From contig NC_043020.1 in NCBI RefSeq assembly GCF_006345805.1, positions 1,426,001-1,490,000 on the forward strand: 64,000 bases of DNA. The letters run 5' to 3'. This DNA comes from Octopus sinensis (taxonomy: Eukaryota). The translations under genes were made by a program, and so were the position numbers. Position 1 is the stretch's first letter; every line of letters starts with the position of its first letter. This document shows, one piece after another, positions 53,421 to 64,000 of the stretch. The notes under the pieces were generated by a model. That model had not been told where the DNA came from. It made no database searches and worked only from the letters and a program-made list of their open reading frames with translations.

Positions 53421-54184
53421 CTCGTCACGAAAAGGAAAGAAAAGGCGGAAGAGCACAAACGATAAGCAGAACCCCCCCCCCAAAAAAAAAACAAAAAGAA
53501 ACAGGCAGGTACGAAAAAATGGAGGAGGGAACGATCTGTAACAACGGCACACCATGCATAAACTCACTTACCGACACACAGACAACAATTACATCATCCC
53601 CACCACTACCACCACCACAAGCCCCACAACCATCACAAACACAACATAGCCTACAGACACAACCGATGGACTGCATTCCACCAAATGATCATAAACCAGA
53701 CATTATAAGTCTCACGGCTATAAGCACAAAAAATAACGAATGAATAGAATACATATAATTTCTTTATTAGCCACAAGGGCCCAAACATAGAGGGGGACAA
53801 TACAGCCTGATTGGGGTCAGACACACAATGATTATATGACTTTTAAAATTTTACAAAATATAATGAAATCGAATGAGATACAACAAGAACGAAATATAAA
53901 CATGAGTTGAAGTAGAGAGATGGCTTACGCTCCGACCCCACGAGCCCCATTCTCCTACTGAAACTTTTGTATGCAGACTTACAAACACATGGATATTAAT
54001 GAATCCAATTATGTCACACCAACCAAAAATATACCGGCACGCATAAAAGTATTCAAAGCTACTCAAAGCGAATACTAAATTTTGAAATCTAGATATCCCC
54101 AGTTTGGAGGGGACTTTTAAAAGGATTTCACTATAAGACTTTACAAAGAACTGCTGGGGAAAAAAACTACATCTAAAGAGAGTG

Positions 54185-55160
54185 GGACAGCCGGATTTCT
54201 TTAGACGTTTGGAGGTCTTTCTTGGGACATCTCACTTCTTAGTGTTAGAGGGCAACTGGAACACCATCTTGGATACACATGTGGATTGGATAGGGCTAGC
54301 CGACAAAAAAGGGGTGCGCAAGCCTCGCAAACCTACTCAGTCGTTTCCAATTGTCTGACAGGTTCAGACTCAATTTTCCGAATGCTCCAATGTGAACGTG
54401 GGCAAATAGTGTAGGGTCATCCAGATCTTATCTAGAAAGGGTATTTTATAGGCCAGCAGATAAGGGTAGCATAGGTTGTCCACAATTTGAAGTTGTCAAT
54501 TATAAGTACCACAAATTTGTGATCCGTATGGTCGATCTAGGTAGGCTCGATAGGCAGGGCGCCGGAGACTGGAAGCTTAATGCATATTTCCCGGCACACC
54601 AAGCTTTCAGAGACCGGATTAATAAGTTAGTCCATTGAAAATTGAAGGTTGCAGTCGTCAACAACCGATGGTGGGCAGCCCTAAAATGGACAGTTTGAGT
54701 AGAAGCGGTAGGATTTATCAGGGATTTTGTGACAGAGAATACAAGAGTAGAGCGAGAACTAGTTAGGAAATTAGAAGTGGCACTCAGTAGTGGCATAGCG
54801 ACAGACGTGCTGGCAGCGAGATTGATTCTGAATCAATTCTTCAACACCAAGCATGAAAGTTGCATTGTCAGAGCTAGGGCACGTGCTCTAGGACACGAGG
54901 GAACCAAAGCCGTTCGATGGGCCCTGGCAAATAAAACCACAAGCAGATTTGTACGGAATTTTAGCGGCTCTTTGCTGAACTCTACGAGTCGTGTGGTGGT
55001 TCAGAGGCGAAGGTGAACTTCACCTCCTGCTTCGATGGCCTACCGCGGCTTTCGGCCAGGGATGTGGAATTCTGCGAAATGCCAGTAGAACATATACGTG
55101 ACTCACTGGACAGTTGCACAAGGGTGAAGTCTCTGGGATTTGATGGTCTTCCCTTTACGT
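54185..55160 (+). mobile_element. Decayed L1/Tx1 ORF2 fragment (endonuclease and linker)
   Basis: FLVLEGNWNTILD, WTWANSVGSSRSYLERVF, GDWKLN, IVRARARAL and KSLGFDGLPF motifs across frameshifts. Confidence 0.75.
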
Positions 55161-55697
55161 TGAGTTCAAATTCCGGCGAGGTTGACGTTGCTCTCATCCC
55201 TTCGAAGCCGATAAAATAAGTCCTACTTGGGGTCAGTGTAATTGACTTTACCCCTACCCCAAAATTGCTGACCTTGTGCCACAATTTCAAAGCAGTTTAT
55301 TGTACATTTGAAAGGAATCTAATGTGCATTACTGTTTTGGCATTTTTATTTAGATCTTCCTGCTGTCATCGGCAACCGCCGAGAGGTACATTTTTCAATG
55401 TCATTATTGGCGCCTCGGGTGCACTAGTGAAGAAAATATTTCTTTTGTTGACTGCAGATATATCTTTGAACACAATGAAAATACTGACAGGACATCCTTA
55501 TCAAAACTAATTCAAACTTAGGTTTATGTTTCGTCGTGACTTTGATTTTTTTCTATATGGTATGATTTAAATGTATCATTGTGAATTGCTTCATGGTGGT
55601 TCTTCTCTAATATACACACACACACACGCACACATATATATATATATAATTTGTCTTATATATATATTATATATATAATATATATATATATATATAG

Positions 55698-55731
<34 letters not shown>

Positions 55732-55733
55732 AC

Positions 55734-55813
<80 letters not shown>

Positions 55814-55887
55814 TATATATATTATATATTATATATGTGTGTGTTATATATTGTTTTTTATATATATATATGTATATGTATATACAT

Positions 55888-56069
55888 ACACACTGTCATA
55901 TCACGTTGAATGTACCGGTTCTCGTCCGATCACCGAAGTTAAGGAACGTTGAGCCTAGTTAATACTAAGGTAAGTGACCCCTTAGGAAACCTAGCTGCTG
56001 TAAGCATCTAACACTACTGGTGGTGCTCCAGCATGGCCTCAGCCTTGGGCTGAAATATGTAAAAGAATA
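55888..56069 (+). pseudogene. Degenerate 5S rRNA copy (about 55888-56008) fused to a SINE-type 3' tail
   Basis: catatcacgttgaatgtaccggttctcgtccgatcaccgaagttaagg...gctgtaagc aligns by eye along the full length of metazoan 5S rRNA. It is followed by ggtggtgctccagcatggcc...gctgaaatatgtaaaaga. Confidence 0.85.
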
Positions 56070-56131
56070 TATTGTAGTCTATAATTAACTCGTTATTTTT
56101 CAATAAACGCTGTATCAAATTTCATGAATGT

Positions 56132-56170
<39 letters not shown>

Positions 56171-57016
56171 AACTTATAAACAAGGGCAAAAGAAAATTAT
56201 TTCTATGGCAATATGCTGATAACAGACTTTTAAATCGTCAATATCCACATATTACTATACCCACTACAGAAATACGTTGTGCTGAAATCGAGGGAAGCTA
56301 GCCAACAGAATTTTTTTAAAAGTTCGTTATTTCTATATTGAATCAATTTCGGAATTAATCTCATAATAGATTTTTTTCTCTAACCATTGCCCTAACCACT
56401 TGGCCATTGCGCCTCCACATATTGATAATATACAGCGTATTATATATCTTTGATCAGAATTATCGATGAGAAAATGGAGAAAATCAATTTATCAGAAAAC
56501 ATTTGGAGAGCATTATGAAACTAAGAAGACAACAGAATGAAGTTTCGAATCCAAAGAAATAAACAGAACGACTCTCCAAATCAGGTCCAAATAGTTTAGA
56601 AGTGAATCAAGCGATTTAAGAAGTAAAACGTATCAAATGCGCCCACCATGACACCAACATACACACTCACATACACAAACACATTTAAGACATATACACG
56701 CAAACACACAAATGCACGCAAATGCGAACAAACACACACTCACACCTATATGGGCATAACCACATCCAAACCGACGAAAGCTGAAATATCGACATGAAAC
56801 AAAAGCAAACCATTTGAAACAAGTAAAACGCAGGAGTGGCTGTGTGGTAGGTAGCTTGCTAACCAACCACATGGTTCCGGGTTCAGTCTCACTGCGTGGC
56901 ACCTTGGGCAAGTGTCTTCTGCTATAGCCCCGGGCCGACCAATGCCTTGTGAGTGGATTGGTAGACGTAAAAATGAACGAAAGCCTGTCGTATATATATA
57001 TATTATATATATATAT

Positions 57017-57061
<45 letters not shown>

Positions 57062-57658
57062 GTATATGTGTGTATAATGTTTGTGTGTCTGTGTTTGTCC
57101 CCCTAGCATTGCTTGACAACTGATGCTGGTGTGTTTACGTCCCCGTAACTTAGCGGTTCGGCAAAAGAGACCGATAGAATAAGTACTGGGCTTACAAAAG
57201 AATAAGTCCCGGGGTCGAGTTGCTCGATTAAAGGCGGTGCTCCAGCATGGCCGCAGTCAAATGACTGAAACAAGTAAAAGAGTAAAAGAGTAAAAGAGAA
57301 CGACTCTCCAAATCAGGTCCAGATAGTTTAGAGCTGAATCGAGCGATTTAAGAAGCGAAACGTATTCTATAGAACAAATTCAACAGTTTCAAATGGTTTG
57401 CTTTTGTTTCATGTCGATATTTCAGGTTTCGCCGGTTTGGATGTGGTTATGTACAAATATGTATGAGTGTGTGTTTGTTCGCATTTGCGTGCATTTGTGT
57501 GTTTGCGTGTATATGTCTTAAATGCGTTTGTGTATGTGAGTGTGTGTGTGTTGATGTCATGGTGGGCGCGTTTGATTGAAAATGGACACCAAAAGGGAAG
57601 TAGTAAACTTTTCAAACACTATTGTTTATTGTTACGTCATAAGTGCTCTGTGACAATA

Positions 57659-57748
<90 letters not shown>

Positions 57749-57906
57749 ATATATATTATATATATATATATATATATACCGGAGTAAACACATAAATGTG
57801 AAACAAGGTGGAAAAAAAGAGTACTCAATACCATGGTAGAGTAATATGCTTTATTTAAAGCAGCAAAAATTCAACAAAACCTGTTACTTTGTTACTCTAG
57901 CAAAAA

Positions 57907-57944
57907 CTGTCCGATGAACGGCAACGCGAAACTCAGAGTAACAG
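57907..57944 (+). ncRNA. Minimal hammerhead with U4C core
   Basis: CUGU-CCGAUGA-A-CG(GCAA)CG-C-GAAA-CUCAGAGU-A-ACAG. Near-palindromic stem III, GUA site, 4-bp stem I. Confidence 0.7.
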
Positions 57945-57991
57945 GTTTTGTTTAAATTGTCTGCTGCTTTAAATAAGTATATATATATCTA

Positions 57992-58064
<73 letters not shown>

Positions 58065-58068
58065 TATT

Positions 58069-58124
<56 letters not shown>

Positions 58125-58143
58125 GTATGTATATATATATATG

Positions 58144-58191
<48 letters not shown>

Positions 58192-58651
58192 ATATATATA
58201 TACGTAAATATATAGGAGGGTGAATATTTTTATGTTTCACCACCAGTGACCTAGCATGTATTAAAAAGCCAATAGACAAAATATTCTCAATATAAAATAG
58301 GGTACATTTAAACACAAGAGAAACTACCTATAACAGGTAATTTTACATGCTAGAAGAAGCAGCCAAAACTACCAAAACCATATTTAAGAGCAAAAAGGTT
58401 TTTTTTTATTTTTCATTCCCTTCGAAAATTGCTTTTAAATGTGGATTTGGCCGTTTTGACTGCTTCTTCTAGTGTGTAAAAACTGCCTGTTGAAGGCAGT
58501 TTTTTCTTGTGTTTAAAGTACACTATTTTACATTGAGCATTTATATATATGACCCGTCCTTCTTTTCTTTGTATCGTCTGTCTGGATGTTTGGTGTCCCA
58601 TTTTTGTATTATATATAATATATATAATTAATTCTATTTAAAATTAGTGAC

Positions 58652-58701
<50 letters not shown>

Positions 58702-58709
58702 ATATATTA

Positions 58710-58749
<40 letters not shown>

Positions 58750-59085
58750 GTATGTATGATTAATTCTGTTTAAAAATAGTCACTCATTAGGGTCTAAGAT
58801 AATAGATATAAAAAATAATAGAATAAATATACTTACCTTAGCTTATAATTTTAGTTCGATTTAATTTTGAATCGAATTGTTTGTAATCGAATTAATTATC
58901 TATAAAATATAGCCACGAAACCTGCGTAGTCTTTTTACTACTGTTTACTATTTATTGTCTTTTATTGATTTAAAATAAGGGTTTTTTTTTAATACTATAT
59001 ATGTTTTCCATAAGGTGTAAATAACATCTTTCGTATTGAATGGTTCAATAGTGTTTTTTCTCTACGGAACTGAAAGAAGCCTGTC

Positions 59086-59138
<53 letters not shown>

Positions 59139-59459
59139 TGTATGTATATGTTGTGTGTCAGTGTTGTCCCTCTAGCATTGCTTGACAACCGATGCTTGTG
59201 TGTTTACGTCCCCGTAACTTAGCGGTTCGGCAAAAGAGACCGATAGAATAAGTACTGGGCTTACAAAGAATAAGTCCCGGGGTCGATTTGCTCGACTAAA
59301 GGCGGTGCTCCAGCATGGCCGCAGTCTGAAATGACTGAAACAAGTAAAACAGAGTAAAGAGTAAAAGAGTATATATATTATATTATTGTGAAATTTGATT
59401 TAAAATTGTTGAATTGAATTTTCCCTGTAAGTTCTGGAATTATATTCCCCACCACCACC

Positions 59460-59508
<49 letters not shown>

Positions 59509-59516
59509 TATATATA

Positions 59517-59563
<47 letters not shown>

Positions 59564-59898
59564 AAACAGGATGTGAAGTATTGAGCAATACATGCAGCTC
59601 CATTTAATTGAACAATGCAAGCATTATATCAATTTCAATGCAGTGCAAGACAGTCGTATTGCACTAACATTTGATATCCTGTTTCTTACTTTGATTCTAT
59701 TTGCCTTACTTCGATTGGCCGGATAAAACAAGACTGACTTGGTGCCTCGACTTAAGCACCTAATTCAACTGAATCTTAATTATTTCTTATATATATATAT
59801 TTATATAAAGGGAAAGTTTGCGAAAATAAACAAAAGACGAAGGCAGGTGGTGTACAAACAAACAAATGTATTTGTATAGCGCTCAGGAATAGAAAAAG

Positions 59899-59936
59899 TC
59901 TTTTACGTTTCGAGCCTACGCTCTTCGACAGAAAGA
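59899..59936 (-). ncRNA. Hammerhead-like motif with A6U core (element about 59805-60146, split by a TA tract)
   Basis: Minus strand: UCUUU-CUGUCGA-A-GAGC(GUAG)GCUC-GAAA-CGU-A-AAAGA; perfect 5-bp stem I. Confidence 0.65.
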
Positions 59937-60001
59937 TACACAGAAAAAAAAAACAAGGAGAGAAAAAAGAAGAGAAAAAAAAGAGAGAAAAAATGGTATA
60001 T

Positions 60002-60064
<63 letters not shown>

Positions 60065-60071
60065 ATATATC

Positions 60072-60115
<44 letters not shown>

Positions 60116-60734
60116 GTATATAGAATAGAGATGTGTGTGTAGTCGCTTCTCACGCAAAAATGGCTTCACTAATTGCTTCCATACTTGTGATGCATGAATT
60201 ATTTGGCATCGGACATATGTTAGGCTCTTCATTTGAATTTTATTAATTTAAAAAAAAAGATCTCGCTTTTTATATTACATTCACGTCTTTGAAAGTTTAA
60301 AAAATTTTTTACACCCGGTTTTCTAGCGTTAGTGACCTATCATCTACACGTAAATAAAGGAACGTTTAAATTTTTAGGAACTACGTTTTTTGTGTTTCTT
60401 CAAAGGATTTCTGTTGCTAAATCGAACGTAAAAGAAACAACTTAAGTGTCCCACTAGAGACCCAATATTACTTTCGGTTTTAGTACAGTAAATAGCGAGT
60501 TACTGCTGACTTATAAACACGCAACATATCGCACTCACACACAAATCAATTAATCAATCAATCAATCTATCTATCTATCTATCTATCTACTACTATCTAT
60601 CTATCTATCTATCTATCGATCTATCTATCTATCTATCTATCTATCTTATTTGTCTGTCTAACTAGCTCTCTCGATTTCTCCCTCTTTCTCCCTCTTTCTC
60701 CCTCCTCTCTCTCTCTTCTTTTCTCTTTCTCTCT

Positions 60735-60766
<32 letters not shown>

Positions 60767-62158
60767 ATATATATATTATATATATATATATATAATATAT
60801 ATACATATTATATTTTATATCACTCATTCTCTATTGTTTTCACTTTCATTTTCAGACGCTATTGTTTTTCGTTATTTACAAACAACAGCGACAAATTACT
60901 GATGAAAGTAATTTCATAATTTACTGACAGCAGTCACTTCATAAATTTCACTTCAATCCGTACACTTTGTTAAATTTGGCTACAAATTTCTTATTTATTT
61001 TTGCAACCTACTAAATATCAGATGAATAATTCGGTCAATATAAAGATCCTCACCCGTTAACGGAAACAAAATTAAAAAAAAAACAGCCTGCTGGGTGTTA
61101 ACAACTGTGTAGAAAACGGATATGAAAAAAAAATTTGCCCAAACGAACCTGGGTTGGTGGAGAGGACTTTCGGAAAATTCACAAGGTCCAATTTTTCCTT
61201 TATAACTTTCAGGAAAATGAACATATATTAATGAAATTTTACAGAAACACCGTTCAAATAGCATAGATTACGATTATAGAAAAATTCGTGGGGAAAATGT
61301 CTTACGAAGGGGGTGGGGAGAGGACTGTCGGAAAGTTCATACGATCCGTTTCTTTTCCGCCTCATTTAAACATACCTATTTTACACATACTTAAGGCCTT
61401 TATAAAATTAAAATATAGTTTATTGTATTGAACGTTGATAAAGTTATATAAGGACCTGATGATTGGGGTTACATTTTAAGAAGGGTTCCAGGAAAACACG
61501 GAGTGCTTTAGGAACCCGCGTATGTATCTCATAAAACACGTGTTGCCAAATAATAAAACAGTAGGTATTTAAAATAAAAATTAAAATTCTTTTTATATGG
61601 TGAGATGTAGGGGCCCACTATCTCTAAATTAAAATATATATCATATATATATATTATATATATATATATATATATCATATATATCATATATATACATATC
61701 ATACATATATATCATATATATATCATATATCATACATATATATGATATATAGAGGTTATGAGATTTAACAGTGTCAAGAAAACCCAAAGGTGTCAGGTAA
61801 TGCTGAGTAAGTGGTATGGACAGACTATAGTTAAGCTCCAGGTTCGATAATGATACGAATGAGGAGTCCAACGTAGGTCATATATTAGCATGCATATATA
61901 TAAAAAAATTATCAAAATGAGATAAAAATCTAAGGCTGCGAAAGATTTCAGAACATCTATAAAGAAAGGGTTTTACAGCTGTTTCAGGGATATTTTATAT
62001 ATTCCTTTATCGTAGACGGTGCGAGAAAATCGTTAAGCAATAGTTATTCTTGAGAAGATATGAAATAGAGAGTGAAGTGGAGGAATCCACGTCAATTTTC
62101 ATTCCTCCACTTCACTCTCTACTTCACATCTTCTCTAGAATAACCATTTCCTCGCACT

Positions 62159-62206
62159 GTCTCCGATGAAGGGATATACAAAATATCCCCGAAACAGCTG
62201 TAAGAC
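62159..62206 (+). ncRNA. Minimal hammerhead with U4C core inside a large palindrome
   Basis: GUCU-CCGAUGA-A-GGGAUAU(ACAAA)AUAUCCC-C-GAAA-CAGCUGU-A-AGAC. ACAGCUGU palindrome; GUA site. A degenerate mirror copy lies at 61970-62017 (-). Confidence 0.75.
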
Positions 62207-62773
62207 CCTTTATTTATGATTGTTCTGAAATATTTCACACCCTTGGAGTCTTACCTCATTCTGTTAATTTTTTAAATATATGATATATATATATGACATG
62301 ATGTATATATATGTGATATTATTTTATTCTTTTACTTGTTTCAGTCATTTAAATATGACCATGCTGGAGCACCGCCTTTAGTCGAGCAAATCGACACCAG
62401 GACTTATTCTTTGTAAACTGAGTACTTAAACTATCGGTCACTTTTTGCCGTACCGCTAAGTTACGGGGACGTAAACACACCAGCATCGGTTGTCAAGCGA
62501 TGTTGGGGGTGGGGGACAAGCACAGACACACAAACAGATACACACACATACATAGATATATACAAATATTCGACAGGCTTCTTTCAGTTTCTGCCTACCA
62601 AATCCACTCACAAGGCTTTGGTCGGCCCGAGGCTATAGTAGAAGCCACTTGCCCAAGGTGCCACGCAGTGGGACTGAACCCGGAACCATGTGGGTGGTAA
62701 GCAAGATACTTACCACACAGCCACATATATAATTATATATACATGATATATATATATATATATATATATATAG

Positions 62774-62807
<34 letters not shown>

Positions 62808-63085
62808 ATATATAATATGATTATATGTATATATATATATATATGATAAATATGTATATATATATATATATATATGATATATCAATGATATACATATATA
62901 TAAATGATATATATATTTATATATATATATGTATATATGATATATATATGATATATATATGATATATTATATATATATGTATGTATATGATATTATATAT
63001 ATATGTATATATATTATATATGTATATATATATATATATGTATGTATATATATATGTATATATATATATATATAGTATATATATG

Positions 63086-63155
<70 letters not shown>

Positions 63156-63613
63156 ATATATATGTTATAAGCAGCTACAGTATAGCTACGCTGACATTAA
63201 AACTGCAGTAAACGCCGGGGTGATGCATTCGGCTAAAAATAAATTTCGATATCCCAACAGACATGTACGGAAGCATTTCAAAAGAAGATCGAATATCTGC
63301 ATTAGTCATCGGCAAATATTAGTTTTCTTAATAAATGATTGCTCCTTTTATTCAAATTTTAACTTGTTTATTTCATGCGTAGCAATATGACAACACCCAG
63401 GTCTTTATGCAATGAAGTATAAATAATTTTTAATGCCGAAACTCCTGCAATGAAGACGGATATGAATCGACAGATATTTAACTGCATTTTCCCCAAAGAT
63501 ATGCTTGAGTCGTTAAAAATCATTGAATGACATACAAACTATGCAAAAAAGAGAATCGCTCGCAATTTATTTTCTTCCGTCTTCGTTTCCTATTGAACAT
63601 CCTTCTGCTCCTT

Positions 63614-63646
63614 TTTCCGAAGAAGTGCTTTGCTCGAAATGTAAAA
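63614..63646 (+). ncRNA. Degenerate hammerhead motif related to the 40990/59899 family
   Basis: UUU-CCGAAGA-A-GUGC(UUU)GCUC-GAAA-UGU-A-AAA; downstream ttccatgagcgtctgctaatac resembles the family body. Confidence 0.45.
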
Positions 63647-64000
63647 CCCCCTTTCTTTCCTTCCATGAGCGTCTGCTAATACTTTACTTACATGTACCAC
63701 GTCCACACGTTGTTGATTTTTGTATTTGTTCTTCGTTTGCTTTTGGATTTACTATATATATATATATATATATATACCGAAAGCTGAACAGTTATCTCCC
63801 TTGCCCACAACAATAACAATAATAACGATAACCAACTTCCTCCCCTTATTTTTCTACTTGTGAAGTCAATCACTCGTAAATATCATCACAAACAACATGG
63901 ACAAAATTTCTTCTTAAGAAAATACATATTCAAATAAGTAAAACACAATATCATGAATAGCGATAGCGAAACCGGTCGATATGTTAAAAAGTATATTAAA

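Noticed and set aside
58828-58842. ATACTTACCT resembling the U1 snRNA 5' end
   Set aside because: No further U1 similarity. It is simply a reverse-strand donor-like motif, and the adjacent putative exon has stops in all frames.
60888-60920. CTGATGA at aattactgatgaaagtaatt as a hammerhead or snoRNA box
   Set aside because: No stem II, GAAA or NUH arrangement, and no convincing partner box.
37790-63390. Numerous long ORFs in the track rich in YI, CV, HT, LS or ER dipeptides
   Set aside because: They are translations of (TA)n, (CA)n and (GA)n microsatellites, which lack stop codons; no domain signal.

Overview
This is eukaryotic, AT-rich, microsatellite-rich genomic DNA. The SINE content points to Octopus (inference, not verified by a database search). 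There is one recognisable protein-coding gene: a + strand NADP-isocitrate dehydrogenase of the IDH2 type. Ten exons (10692-28144) have canonical GT-AG sites and join in frame; a candidate 25-nt first coding exon at 1601-1625 would give a 417-aa protein. The rest is repeat DNA: several tRNA-derived SINE families (some as recurrent dimers or nested insertions), TTAA-flanked and 8-bp-TSD MITEs, Helitron/Helentron-type elements, and decayed LINEs (RTE, CR1/L2, HERO-like, L1/Tx1). A 5S rRNA-derived segment is fused to a SINE-type tail. The most notable signal is a set of minimal type-I hammerhead ribozyme folds of the Penelope-like-element kind, from about five sequence families. Their cores are canonical or variant (U4C, A6U, and one apparent G3:C8 compensatory swap). 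That last one sits antisense in IDH2 intron 3 between long inverted arms. Most six-frame ORFs are microsatellite or SINE artefacts. Repeat boundaries are approximate (about +/-10 nt) unless a TSD or TIR is quoted.
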